DNA from: the human T2T-CHM13v2.0 reference genome, Homo sapiens
Strand: one strand, 5' to 3'
Length of the DNA stretch: 64,000 nucleotides
NCBI RefSeq assembly: GCF_009914755.1
Contig: NC_060940.1
Under the pieces are notes generated by a model. The model was not told the DNA's origin and did not search any database. It saw only the letters and a program-made list of their open reading frames with translations. The position numbers were made by a program, and so were the translations under genes. Within the stretch, counting starts at the first letter, position 1. The number at the start of each line of letters is the position of its first letter. Positions 28,354 through 43,770 of the stretch are shown piece after piece.

Positions 28354-28857
28354 TGTGAAGGAACCAAATATCTATGATGCTTGTTAAAGACAGAATGAAA
28401 GACTTTACTCAAGAGGGACTATCGTGATAGGTGAAATGGGGTCTTGCAGTGGGGGAGAAAGATTGGGCTCAATTCTGAACGCAACAACCAAAAGTGGTGA
28501 TTTATAGCCAGGAAGTCAAGTGAGGGTCAGTGGATGGAGACAGCAGAGGTAAGGGAGGATTCTGACTAAATGAACTAACAAGGTTCTTGCTAACACTGGA
28601 CAATGCAGAGGCAGCACAGAAGCTCAAGCGTCAGGCCTCACGGGGAAAAGGATTCAGATGAGTCTGAAATATGCTGAGTTTGGTGGCTTACGTCTGTAAT
28701 TTCAGTGACTCAGAAGGCTGAGGTGGTAGGACTGCTTGAGGCCAGGACTTTGAGACCAGCCTAGGCAACATAGCAAGACACCATCTCTAAAAAAGATAAT
28801 TAAAAAAAATAAAAGAAGGGTCTGATTGGAGTCTGGTTAAGGAGAAAATCTTTGTCA
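28354..28857 (-). mobile_element. ERV1 LTR (MER31/MER67-like) split by FLAM
   Basis: reverse start tgacaaagattttctccttaaccagact; TG...CA ends; near-TSD gtcc/gtgc. Confidence 0.7.
28672..28815 (+). mobile_element. FLAM (free left Alu monomer)
   Basis: single monomer ending gcaagacaccatctct plus A tail; near-TSD agatgagtctga / agaagggtctga. Confidence 0.88.
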
Positions 28858-29179
28858 GTGCCCACCCTGAATATCTGGAACACGAACCTCCAGAACAGAG
28901 AGGGGGTTCTTTCACTAGAGAAGCTGGATGGTCAATAATAAAGAATATCCCTGCTTCTGGTGCTCCCATTTATCACATGCAGAGAATGAAATTTGCAGAA
29001 GTGACATGACTTGAACAACGTCAGATACGAAGCATGGAGGTGAAATTAACCAAAAGGTTGAAGTTAAAATGAGTACTTTGCAATGCCATTACCGATGCAT
29101 AAACTTTGATGAGCTTTGAGAAATAAGATCACCACATTTTCATCTACTTTTCCAGGGAGGTGGAAAATAAATAGAGAAA

Positions 29180-29330
29180 TACTCATTTATTCATCTGTTT
29201 AACAAACATCCATTGATATTCTTTATGTGCTAGGTGCTGTGATAAACACTACAGAAATAGCAGAGAACAATACAGAGAAAAAGCCATGTCTTATGAATCT
29301 TACATTCTTATACACCATCAGAATAAAGTA
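29180..29330 (-). mobile_element. L2 3' terminus
   Basis: cattta.tcatc...aacaaacat...tatgtgctaggtgctgtgataa. Confidence 0.65.
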
Positions 29331-29684
29331 CTGCTTTAGAAAATATACTGTGTACCTTATAATAATAGAACACAATCTGTTGTTTCTGAGATGTGGAAAG
29401 TCAATTGTAAGATTTACGCCATAGAACAAAGATGTAATTCTTGTTACACATACACACACACAAAGACACACATTTAATCAGGGCATAAATCAAGATTTTT
29501 GTGATATTAATCCAGTGCATTCAATACAGAGTTGGATAATCTGTTGCTATTTCAAATGTAGTTCCTCCCTCCTTAAAATGATTAAATCAAAGTCCCAGAA
29601 GGAACTTGGGGAACTTCTAATCGGTCTCCATGTCGTGGACAAAAATTAACTGAATTAACTGTAACTATCTCAAATCAAGACACA

Positions 29685-29832
29685 CAATAATAACCACTGT
29701 TTATTCTGTGCCTGCCAGTCACTGTGCAGATAATTTATTGTGCACTGTCTCATTTAATGCTTGTGGCAACCTAATGAGGCAGGTACATTTGATTATTAGT
29801 CCCATTTTACAGTAGATGAAACAGAGGCTTAT
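29685..29832 (-). mobile_element. MIR SINE
   Basis: tctcatttaat...caacctaatgaggcaggta...cccattttacagtagatgaaacagaggct. Confidence 0.8.
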
Positions 29833-29869
29833 CTCCTGTAAAGAAAATTGCTCTTAAAACACAGTTCTT

Positions 29870-30271
<402 letters not shown>

Positions 30272-30322
30272 TTAGCGAGTGCCCATGCAGTGTTTGCCTG
30301 AGCTTTTGCATCAGCCTTGCCT

Positions 30323-30446
30323 GTTTTTTTGTTTTTTGAGTTAGGGTCTTGCTCTGTCACCCAGGCTGGAGGACAGTGGTGCGATCATAGCTCACTGCAG
30401 CCTCGATCTCCTGGCCTCAAGTGATCCTCCCACCTCTGCCTCCCAG
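30323..30446 (-). mobile_element. AluJ-type monomer fragment, copy 1
   Basis: ~110 bp of Alu 3' end; near-TSD cagccttgcct / cagtcttgcct. Confidence 0.9.
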
Positions 30447-31517
30447 TCTTGCCTTTTAAGAGCCTTAGGACTCTTAACCTGGGAAATCTATAAAATTTTT
30501 CTGTTATGTATAAGGAAGAACACAACTTTTCTTCTGTGAGTACTGCTTCAAAGACACAGAGTCCAATGTACATAGGCAGGTGGATAGACAGGCTCGCTGT
30601 CAAACTTGTTACATAGATGAAATGGGACAGATGGGGTCATTCATCTAAAGGGTTCTTGGTAAAGGTACAAAAAGCAAAACCATGAGGCCAAAAACGGGAG
30701 CAGAAACAGTTGGCACTCAGTGAGTAGGCTCCAAAGCTCTGGCTCAAGGTGGGAACATGGAAGCCGACAGTCAAGTTTGTTGCACAGTGCACTTAATAAG
30801 ATGAACAGCAGTGCTAGAATCTGGAGGATCATCACCCCTGGAGCTTGACAGCCAATATCTAGCCTGCTTGAGAGTGCAGATGAAGCGCTCGGCCAATGTA
30901 GTTTTATTTACAGCTTCGTAAGCCTAGATGGGTAATCCTCTGTGGTGTCCTTTAGTGGGAAACGTGAAATGGGGATGATTACTTTAAATACCTTCCAGAG
31001 TTAGATGGCTTTTAGACACCAAAGTTCAGCCTCTTGCAACATATTGCATTTCAGCCTCTGCTACGGTTCTCTGCTGACATTTCAGAGATGGGCAGACACC
31101 ATGGCATTGCAGTTGACATGGCAGCTTGGCCAGGTAGGAGCTCACATATGGAGCATTTCTTGCTTTAGGTGTTAAAAAAAACAAATCATATCTTTAAAAG
31201 GTCACCGTGGTTTGTACTAACTATATGACTATTGAAAGGCACAGTTTGGGGCAAGCCTGTTTATTATTTTTCAAATTAGAGAAGTGATATTGCGTCACTG
31301 CTGCGAACCAGGAAGGGAGAATGAGAAAGAAAATCACCCATGACCACCACCATCCCTCTTGGAATTGTGTCGTGCTCTCTAGCCTCCTTCCTTTAAGATG
31401 ATGGTTTCTATGGAAAATTGCTGTTAAAACAAACCTCCTTAAGTTATATATACTTTGCAACTACATGGTCTTCGGTAGGTCAAAAAGTGCCCATGCACTT
31501 TTCCCCTGCGCTCTTGA

Positions 31518-31709
<192 letters not shown>

Positions 31710-32124
31710 AGCTTTTGGGAGCTTGCATGATATGACGGTTGTGACTAATGTTAGGAACATCCAAGGAGTAGACATTGGAAGGACTCCTCTCATGCCACCA
31801 TGAGCTGTTGCCCCCAGGAAATGAGTGAAGTCTCAGTAAAATGGAGAGAACTTTAATTCCCGGGTAGATGTATCTGAATCTGAGATTGAACATTTTGTTG
31901 GTAACACACCAGTTATCAGGAGTGTCTTGATCATGCTCATCTTTGTCTAATCTTTAGATTTCTCATCTTTCCGGGGAGGTTAAGAGTTGCTGTGTCCTTT
32001 CTCAGTCCCACCACTTGAACATGTGGTAACATGTATGAGGAAATGCTTTGTACATAACAAATCATGTGAAAGTAAAGGATTGTCGTCATTTTTGCCATTG
32101 CTATTAATATTATTACACAGGGTT

Positions 32125-32615
32125 TCTAGTATATTATGTTGGTTAAGAGCAAGCCTCTAGAGCAAGCTTCTCCAGCCCATGTCCCCCACAGGGTGCATGT
32201 GGCCCGGGACGGCTTTGAATGTTGTCCAACAATAATTCATAAATTTTCTTACAACCTTATGAGACTTTTTTGGGGGATTTTTTTTTTTAGCTCATCAGCT
32301 GTCATTAGTATTAATGTATTTTATGTATGACCTGAGACACTTCTTCTTCCGCCGTGGCTCAGGGAAGCCAAAAGACTGGACACCCCTGTTCTAGAGCCAG
32401 TCCTAACTCTACTCATTTCTACCTAGCTGTGTGACCTTGGGCAAGTTAGTTAACCTCTCTGATCATTGGCTTCTCCTTTAGATGCTGCTGCATTTTTACC
32501 TCTCTCATAAGATTGCTGTGAGGAGGCTGAGACAAGGCAGGGCACGATCGTGCTTGCAGCAACACCCTGCACGTAGCAAGGGTACCACAAATGGTAGCTA
32601 TCAATGTTGTTATTT
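32125..32615 (+). mobile_element. MIR split by MER30
   Basis: ggttaagagcaagcctctagag [MER30] ccag...tagctgtgtgaccttgggcaagttagttaacctctctg. Confidence 0.85.
32163..32388. mobile_element. MER30 hAT-Charlie element
   Basis: caagctt...ttagctcatcagct...gaagccaaaagactggacacccctg; 8-bp TSD ctctagag / ttctagag. Confidence 0.9.
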
Positions 32616-32896
32616 GATGATCCAGAATATGTATTGCTTTTGTCATCCTTTCCCTAGTCTTTCATCATTCTGGATTTTCCATGTCTTTAAGTTTGTTGCT
32701 GTCTTAGAATTAGTAGATTTTCATGGTTCTAAGACTCTATCTGAAAACTGTGCATGGTGGATCTTGTTAATGTGGTAAAAATGTCATCTGTCACAGCATC
32801 CCAGTTCATGATTTAATTTATCCTTCCACAGATAGCCTTTATTATATTAGCTTGTAGTGTATATTTAATGAACTAGTGTAAAAGTCATTTTTCTCT

Positions 32897-33451
<555 letters not shown>

Positions 33452-33495
33452 ATAAGCTACCACTCCTGGCTGTAAAAGTCCTTTTGAAATGGTAC

Positions 33496-33722
33496 AGGAG
33501 TTCAAGACCAGCCTGGACAACACAGGGAGACCCCGTTTCTACAAAAAAATAAATAAGTTAGCCAGGTGTGATGGCACACACTTGTGATCCTAGCTACTCA
33601 GAAGGCTGAGATGGGAGGATGGCCTGGGCTGAGCAGTTGCAGGCTCGTTGGAGCTGTGACTGTGTTACTGCACTCCAGCCTGGGCAACAAAGCAAGACCC
33701 TGTCTCAAGCAAAAAAGAAAAA
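33496..33722 (+). mobile_element. AluJ, 5'-truncated
   Basis: caggagttcaagaccagcctgg...gcaagaccctgtctc. Confidence 0.9.
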
Positions 33723-35844
33723 GCCTTTTTCTTGTAATTTTTAAATAATTCCTTCCAATACAAAATAATAAGTGTCTAGTCCATTGAGAATTAATTTAGA
33801 ATGCTCATGTGTCTTGGATTGACTTTCAAAACCCTGATTCTTAAACCATTTGTGATTGAGGCTTACAACCATGTAACAATCCTCCTAAGTTCTGGGAGTG
33901 AATTTAAGTCTGGTAATGCTATTAAGGAAAGAGAGAAGCATATGTTTTCTAATGTACAGTGGATATCTTGAAGGGAGCCATGCAGGCATATTTCCACCTT
34001 GGTGTGTACTTGATGGGGAGAGGCAAGGAGAGAGCGTGGCAGGTTCAGGGTTTGCCATCCCAATCTTCCCTTGGCGCTGATCTGTGGCTTCCTTCCTGAT
34101 CCCACAGAATAAGCAATGTTGATCTCGTGTGGATCATCTGTTATGTAAAGGTGGTTGATACCACCATTTTCTGCTTCACATGAATCAGAGAACCTGGGTG
34201 TCTCTGACCTTCAGGGTTCCAGCTCTCACCTAAGTTCAGCCAGTGTGTGAATCCTCTATTGACCTACTGGGACCACTTGGTAGATTGACCACAGCTCCTG
34301 TTATGCACCAAGCATTGGCCTGTGTGCTCTTGCCAGCAAAACAGGTGTGATCCTCAGGGAGCCTCAAGTCTGGATGGGGAGGCAAACATTGATTGAAGAA
34401 ACTTACAATGAATGCATAATTAAGATAGGGATATTTACTGCAAAGGAAAAATAAAAAGATTCTTTACATCAAATGACACATAGCACCAACTTGGGCTGAG
34501 TTGGAAGTGACTCGTTTATGAACAGGGGTATATATTTTTAAAAGATGTACTCTTCTCTGAATGAATAATTTATTAAATATGAAAAGCAAGAGAAATACTA
34601 TTAAAAGAATGCCACATTTTTAGGGAAAGTGTTGTTGAGGGTTCGAAACAGACTTTTGGTAACCGGCCAATTCCACAGGCTGGTGCCACATTTTCAGTGC
34701 CCTTTGATGTGTGTACGTGAAAAAGCTGCTTGTTTTCCTGTTTAATATCAATCTATTAATTTTAAAGTATGTGAAGAGAAAATCAAAGACATAGTCTGCA
34801 TTTGGAAACACCCAGAACCACAAATCTAAATCCTAGTACCACCAATTTGAAGACTGTTTGTCATGGCTTGAAGCCTCCTGAGAGGGGAATTTTATTTACT
34901 TGACGGAGTCATGTGAGGTTGATTGGTCTAATAAAACTGGATTTTAAATGAATGTGGAGCATGGTGTCCCTTTGCCCTGGGTATTTAAAAATAGACCAAT
35001 AATTTCTCATAGGGCGTCTTTCAGATACACTTTAGCAGACTGATGAAGGCTGTTCCCGGGACACATTTAAATCTGAAACAAAATGAGAGTTTAACAAGGT
35101 GTGTTGGTTCAGGTTAAAAGCGCCTACCCCTTTCAGCTCAGCCAAGATCATCTCTCATTGGACAAGGTTCCCCCAAGACTGGCTGGGCTCGTCCCCTGGG
35201 TGCTGAAATGATTAGTGTAACATTCCGGAGTTCAGGTCTCTGTTATCTTGTTTCTCTGTCGGATGCCTGGGAATGTGAATTTGCCTACACATTTTGAGAC
35301 ATTTTTACACTAGGATGCTTCTGAGCTGAAGATGAAGGTGGTTGGTTTTCTTCCTCCTCTTCCCCTTTTCAATATTGTAGGGACCAAGTGGTTTGTTGCT
35401 CTCTGCTGCCCCCTGTTGCTCATGAATGGGAACAGCTGGTTTTCCACTGAAGGTGATTCTTAACCATTACAAAGAGCTTCCCGTGAGGTTGAACCTGGGG
35501 TTCCTAGCTTCATGTGAGGTTGGCTGATTTTATTTATTTATTTATTTTTGAAACTGACTTTTAAATGAAAGTTGAGCTAAATGGGGAAGAAGGTATCTAG
35601 CAATAGCAGAAGTCCCAAGGTTAATGGAATACCCAAAGAACAAAGTGAACAGCCGTGTGCCTCTCTTTCCATTGTTGGTAGATTCCAGCTACCTGCAGCT
35701 ACGCTTGGTTTCTTGAGAGTCCTAGTCCTTGTAATTGAGCCCTGGAGTTAAGTCCATTTGAACAAACATCCTCCTAGTCCCAATTTATTCCAGGTCCTGC
35801 ATGAGTGGCTGGGATTTTCAGGAAGGAGGGATTATAGTCACATG

Positions 35845-36344
<500 letters not shown>

Positions 36345-36780
36345 TCCAGTGCATTTTAGGCACTATGCTTTTATTAGCTTTTTAATCCTCAGTAGGACAG
36401 CAAAGATGCTTGTCTTTTCCCTTTCAAATAGGGCTAAGGGCTAACAGCCCTTAGCAGACCTTCTCTTTATCCTCTTGACCAGGTTTGTATCACATGCCTG
36501 TGCCTAAACCAAATGCTGGCAATAGGGACGGAATGATAAGCTTTGCTTTGATTAGTTAGAATGATTCCCAAGGAAGGGACAATGTTCTCTGAGCACACAG
36601 AGAATGATCACTCAAATAGAACTAGGGCTGAGGCAGGAAGAGAGAATACCCTGAGGATATCAGTTTGGCTTGTAACTAGCAGGGTCTACCTTACATAGCT
36701 GCAAGATGATGCACTTGGACCCAATAGCCCAGATCCCACGGGTGTCATAGGAAGTGCTTATCATGGAGCCTAGCCCATAG

Positions 36781-37182
<402 letters not shown>

Positions 37183-37350
37183 CAAATGTTTTTATACTAA
37201 GGTGGAACATGCTTTATTAGCTGTAGTCACAGACATTTATGGAGACTCAGAAGATCCCTCATATTTAAAACATGTGTTCCTAGATATGCTGTTGAAGTTT
37301 ATTTCTTTCAACTGCATATCATTACTTGCTTTCATGCTCTCTTTGGTCCA

Positions 37351-37690
<340 letters not shown>

Positions 37691-37892
37691 TAGCCCTTTT
37701 CACCCACCTTCCCATCTTCTCTAACCCCGGGGGACACTGGCAATCTTTAAGCAGAAGAATTGGCTGCCTGAAAGCCTGTAGATTTATTTGGAGGATGGGT
37801 CAAGAAGAAGTCTCCCAAAGGAGCTTGGGGGAATTCTCCTTTTGATTTTGTTATTCAAAAATGATGTCAAATTTTAGAAAATGAGAGAAAAT

Positions 37893-38105
37893 TTAGTAGA
37901 GTATAACGGTTAAAGAGTCTCAACTTTGCTACTCAACACTTTTTGACCCTGAGCAACTTGCACTTAGGGGCCTGAGCTTTTCAATCTGTAAATACGGCCA
38001 ATAATAATACCTCCCTCTTAGGGCACTCTGAGCAGTCATTGAGAGAGCACGTGTAAAGTGTTTTTGCACAGTGCCCAGAAATTTGCAGTATTTAATGGTC
38101 CTTCC
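37893..38105 (+). mobile_element. MIR SINE
   Basis: ggttaaagag...tgaccctgagcaacttg...atctgtaaaata...aataatacct...gtaaagtg. Confidence 0.75.
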
Positions 38106-38107
38106 TC

Positions 38108-38423
38108 CTTATTTATTTTTATTACTTGTTTTTGTTTTTTTGAGACAGTGTCTTGCTCTGTCGCCCAGGCTGGAGAGCAGTGATATTATCGTGACTCACG
38201 GCAGCCTCGACCTCCCAGACTCAGGTGATCCCTTCACCTCAGCCTCCCAGGCAGCTGGGACCATAGCTATGAACAAACACGTCCAGCTATGTTTTGTATT
38301 TTTTGTGAAGACGGAGTCTCACCATGTTGCCCAGGCTGATCTCCAACTCCCAGGCTGAAGCAATTCCTCAGCCTCTGCCTCCCAAAATGTTGAGATTGCA
38401 GACAAGAACCACTGCACCTGGCC
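38108..38423 (-). mobile_element. AluJ (diverged)
   Basis: gcagcctcgacctcccagactcaggtgatcc. Confidence 0.92.
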
Positions 38424-39139
38424 CCTTACTCATTCTTTTTGAAGTATTTTAGCTTTCAAAAGGTCAAGGACCCTTTATAACGGTTTGCTAGTTTAGAAAG
38501 AAAAAAAAACAGTGACATGGTGAAAAAGTAAGCCTGCTCTCTCTCTCATTTTCTATGATGCTCTATCGGGATTCCTTGGTTAGGAGATAAGGTCAGGCAT
38601 TCTAGGGTATTCAGAGGGCCCACCTCTTCATGGGGAAGCCCAGGCTTGCTTGTTCTTATGTTTTGCGGACAAACGTCTTAGAACTCCACAGATGGGGAGT
38701 CTGAGACCCTGAGTGATTAAGTAATTTTGACCTTGAGCTATCTATTTGACTTGAAGTGGCTAATGGCCAGATAAGTGCTCTGAGATGATATCTCAGTTTC
38801 TGCTATTTTTCTTGTGAGGAAAAGGAAAAAAAGAGCTTGATAGTGATCAGAGTTCATTTGCAGAAGTGGTTTCCTTTTCCCCAATCAACTTGTGAGAATT
38901 CACTTCTGTCCTCAGCGTGCGTGCTTCATTCATTCACTCATCCAAAGCTGTCTCAGGCAGAGTGCTGGGGACTGGGTGAGGGTGGGGAGTCTTTCCTTCA
39001 GGGGCTTATTTCTGCTACTGTGCATGTTCTTCCTCCACAACTTGCAGATCCAGACCTCTCCTACTGGCAAGACTTTCTCATTTCTTTCACGTGACTTTTG
39101 GTTAGAAACATTGGCCTGACTTTGAGGCTTACACCCAGC

Positions 39140-39447
<308 letters not shown>

Positions 39448-39520
39448 CTCACACCCAGGTTTTTAGGATACCCTTGGTTCTATGCCCCTGATGACCTGAA
39501 GGCAGGCAGGAGAAGTAGCA

Positions 39521-39522
39521 GT

Positions 39523-39558
<36 letters not shown>

Positions 39559-39593
39559 CTGTGTGTGTGCATGCGCGCACGCACATGCACGTA
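39521..39593. repeat. (GT)n plus alternating purine-pyrimidine tract
   Basis: gtgtgt...gcatgcgcgcacgcacatgcacgta. Confidence 0.95.
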
Positions 39594-39710
39594 AGGGGAT
39601 GATGCAGCCCGTGGCGCTTAAATTCTACCCTCCCCAAGAGTTGGGTCCCTTCACCAAACATTAATTTTTTCCGAACTCCATCTTATCTCTGTAAAATAGA
39701 AGTGCTGATT

Positions 39711-40089
39711 CTTTTTTTTTGTTTAAGTTCTGGGATACATGTGCCAAACATGCAGGTTTGTTACATAGGTAAACGTGTGCTGTGATGGTTTGCTTCACCT
39801 ATTAACCCGTCACCTAGGCATTAAGCCCCACATGCATTAGCCATTTATCCTGATGCTCTCTCTTCCCCCAGCCCCCTACAGACCCCACTGTGTGATGTTC
39901 CCCTCCCTGTGTCCATGTCTTCTCATTGTTCAGCTACTACTTATGAGTGAGAACATGTGGTGTTTGGTTTTCTGTTCCTGTATTAGTTTTCTGAGGACGG
40001 TGGCTCCCAGCTTCATCCATGTCCTTGCAAAGGAGGTGATTTCATTCCTTTTTATGGCTGCATAGTATTCCATGGTGTATAGGTACCAC
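39711..40089 (-). mobile_element. L1PA (L1PA7-10-like) 3' end, 5'-truncated
   Basis: aagttctgggatacatgtg...ttatgagtgagaacatgtgg...ttatggctgcatagtattccatggtgtat. Confidence 0.95.
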
Positions 40090-41545
40090 TTACCTAGTAA
40101 TAGACAAGCACATGCATTGGGTTTGAATTTTGCAAGTGAGTTGTTGGAAGGGAACCCCTAGATGTCATTTGCATGCTAAGTGCTTTCCCCGACTGTGTTA
40201 TTTGCTGTTCACCCAGCCCCGTGCATTCCATCTCTCACATTTTCCATGCGAGTGTTCTGCTGCCCAAAGTTACTCTGTATAGTGTTTAATCCACTCTGAG
40301 TCAGTTCTGCAGAGCAGTCGGTGGTAAAGTCCTTTCACCAGCACTGTCTGAGAGTTCCTGTGACAACAGCATCCCCGTTCATTGAGGTCGAGTGTTCTTT
40401 TAGATTCCTGCTTAAACATAAACCAGCAGTGAACGAAGAATCTTTAGTACCTGACGTGAAATGGAGCCCAAGTCTATACTGCTGACTGGGCTGGGGGCGC
40501 ATGCTTAGTTGGGGTTCATTATATCTGAACTCATATCAGGGAGATGATTTACTGTTTCTCAATAAAAGATGGAGTTTTGAAGAATACCTTCTTTTGTGTG
40601 GGATGGAAACATGTGGCTAAGCCTATTGCATCACCTTGTACAAAAGAGATATTCAGCAGGTATTTATTAAGCTAAACTGAATCATGCTCAAAGACGCTCC
40701 TCTTCCCTAAGCACCATTCAGTTGAATGTAACATGAAAGAGACAATGCATCATGTTCATTCTGGTTTAGGGTCTTTCCTTGTTGAAGGCTTTCTGCTGTT
40801 TAGAGAAAGACCAAGTATAGCAGCCAGAAAAACACAGAGCTGGCAACTGAGTCACAAAGCTGTAGCAACACATCACTCAAGAGGAACCCTTCTCACAATG
40901 GGTAGATATACATTGAGTGGTGATGTGGAGTGAGACGGATTGATATCCACAATGTCCCAAAAGGAAAAGAGACAAATTTGACAGTAATCCAATTTCCGTC
41001 AGCAAATTTAGATGATGAGATGAAAAGTTAGATTTATGAGGATAGATTCATTCTCACTAGGTATTATGACATTAGAACGCCTGCCAGGTGAAAAGTGGCA
41101 CATTTTTAGGGGAATTTAGGTCCAACGAAAAGGTGTTTCCTTAGGCAGAAATTGAAACATGATCTGTCTGTCCAGAGTTTTGTGCCTTCGAGCACACATG
41201 TGCATGCAAGCTTTTAATTAACCAAGAAGTTCTTCTTTAACGTTTATATATATATATATGTATATGTATCTACAGAAATAGGATAAAAAGAAGTTCAAAA
41301 TTCAACTGTGATTCCAATATCCATAGATAACTATTGCTAACACTTTCTAGCCTTTTTTCTCTATGTGTATACACATATTTGGAAATTTGGAATCACTGTA
41401 ACCTGCTTTGTCTTAAGATAGCATGAGAATTTCTTCATGCTATAAATGTCCTTCCGAAGTGTAACATTTTAAATAACTATATACTGTTCCATTGTATGGA
41501 TGCAGCATAGGAAACTCATTCCCCTTGGCTGGATATTTATCTTAC

Positions 41546-41838
41546 TTTTTTTTTTTTTTTGAGATGGAGTCTTGCTCTTTCACCAGGCTGGTTGCCGTGG
41601 CGTGATCTCGGCTCACTGCACCCTGTGTCTCCTGGGTTCAAGCAATTCTCCTGCCTCAGCCTCCCAAGAAGCTGGGGCTATAGGCGAGCACCACCACACC
41701 CAGTTAATTTTTGTACTTTTAGTAGAGATGGGGTTTCCCCATGGTGGCCAGAATGGTCTCGATCTCTTGACCTTGTGATCCACCTGCCTCGGCCTCCCAA
41801 AATGCTGGGATTACAGGCGTCAGCCACCACACCCAGCC
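41546..41838 (-). mobile_element. AluSc-like
   Basis: caccaggctgg; gatctcttgaccttgtgatcc; TSD ttatctta. Confidence 0.95.
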
Positions 41839-42334
41839 TTATCTTATTTCTTGTATAAAAACTCCTGCGTGTGTGTGTTTGTGTGTGTGTGTAAAACTTT
41901 TATTCTAATCAAGCATATTTTCACAATTTCTACAGCAGCCACAACAAACTTTCTACAAGGTGAATTTTAGAGAGAAGAGGTTCACCGTCTCGTTATTTCA
42001 ACCTCATCATCTGTAACGGTGGCCATAGAACCTATTCTGATTTACTCTACCAGAAAACTTACCCTCTTAGTTACTTTTTTTCTTTCATTTTTTTTTTCTC
42101 AGCTGTATTGCCTCAGTTGGATCATATCTGTTTTTCCTCAGGAATGTTTCTGAAACTATGAACAATATGGAACATGTTGTCAATAAGGGTATTTTCACAG
42201 ATGCGTTTTTGTCACACAGTGTTTATTGCCAGAGAAGTATGATTAGTCATGTTCTCTGATGTGATTTAGTAATTGTCATTTGTCTATTATTAGGTGAAAT
42301 TTTCTAGCTGAATTTTTCCAAAGATGAATAAACA

Positions 42335-42550
42335 AATTAATCATTCACTTTCCTATCCACCATTCAACCATCCATGCATCCTCCCTCCCTTCCTTCCTCC
42401 CCCTTCCCTTTCCTTTTCTCCTTCCTTCCTTCCTTCCTTCCTTCTGCATTTATTAAATACCAACTCTGTGTTAGGCAGTATGTTGCATGCCAAAGACAAA
42501 TGTATAAACTAGATAGAATGGTGGAATGCTTTCCTTCTGAGCACTCACAT
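42335..42550 (-). mobile_element. L2 3' end containing (CCTT)n
   Basis: tcattcac...catttattaaataccaactctgtgttaggca. Confidence 0.65.
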
Positions 42551-42555
42551 TTTAA

Positions 42556-42710
42556 TGCTGGGAATTTTATGCTGAGGTTCAGTGCTTTTCAGGGAGCCAT
42601 GAACCCCCTGCAATGACTTGCAGACTGTAGGTATTACATGTAAAACTTGTGTGAGTAATTTCCTGAAGAAGGGGTTTCATTCTTCAGATCCTCAAAAAGA
42701 TCTATGATCC
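42556..42710. mobile_element. MER103-like hAT relic, interrupted by Alu
   Basis: ttcagggagccatgaaccccctg...tcagatcctcaaaaagatctatgatcc. Confidence 0.5.
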
Positions 42711-42985
42711 GGCCAGGCGCGGTGGCTCATGCCTGTAATCCCAGCACTTTGGGAGACCAAGGCGGGCATATCAGGAGGTCAGGAGATCAATACCATCCTC
42801 GCTAACACAGTGAAATCCCATCTCTACTAAAAATACAAAAAATTAGCTGGGTGTGGTGGCGCATGCCTGTAATCCCAGCTACTCGAGAGGCCGAGGCAGG
42901 ACAACAGCTTGAACCCAGGAGGCGGAGGTTGCAGTGAGCCAACAGAGTGAAACTCTGTCTCAAAAAAAAAATATATATATATATA
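42711..42985 (+). mobile_element. AluSc-like with ~30 bp deletion in right arm and (TA)n tail
   Basis: gtgagcc|aacagagtga; TSD tatgatcc. Confidence 0.93.
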
Positions 42986-43039
42986 TATATGATCCTAAAA
43001 AGACATTGATATTAAAGAGTAATGATGGGGAAAGACCAC

Positions 43040-43510
43040 CAAGTGATCATTTATAAGATGCTGCGAGAATTGCTAAAGTTGAGGGATGGATTCTGCATTC
43101 CAGGAGAACAAAGGAGGTAGATCCCGATTAACTGAGTAGCAGGATATTGAGGGAAGCTTCTTGTAATGATTCAGCTGAGTCTTACACAATGAATGAGACT
43201 TGGATAGATGAACATGCATTAGGAGACATCAGTTCTGGTCAGAGGAAACAGCAAATGCAAAGGCCCAGAGCCATAAGAGATTCAGATGCACTAAAGAAAT
43301 ATCCCATCATTTAGGATGGTCGGCATATACACAGAGGGCCTATAAGGAAGGAGAAGAAACTGAGGTTGTAGAAGCTGGTAGGGACTGCATGCTGAAAGGC
43401 ATTGTAAATCTTAGACTAAAATCTGTGGGAGACTTTGAACAACCTAAAGATTTTAAGCAGAGTGATGCAATGCATTTGTCTTTTGAATGCAAATATTGCT
43501 GGGGCGGGTC
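43040..43510 (-). mobile_element. L2 relic
   Basis: cagaggaaacagcaaatgcaaaggcccagag; gattttaagcagagtgat. Confidence 0.7.
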
Positions 43511-43770
43511 TTTTGTGTTATCAGCTAATGATTTAGTTGGTGGTTACCTGAGGACGGGGTCAGGTGTATGTTCTTAGCTGGTGGAGGCCTTGGGGATGTA
43601 GAAGCACAAACGGGTAAGTCACTGGAAAGGTAGGTGAAAGATTGGCCAATATTAGAGGTGGGTGTTTATAGAAATGAATGACAATGACCACTGAGTAGTT
43701 CCTAAGACACCATCGCTTTGCATAAATCATGTCATTGAATCCTCTTAAGAACACACAAACTCAAATATTG

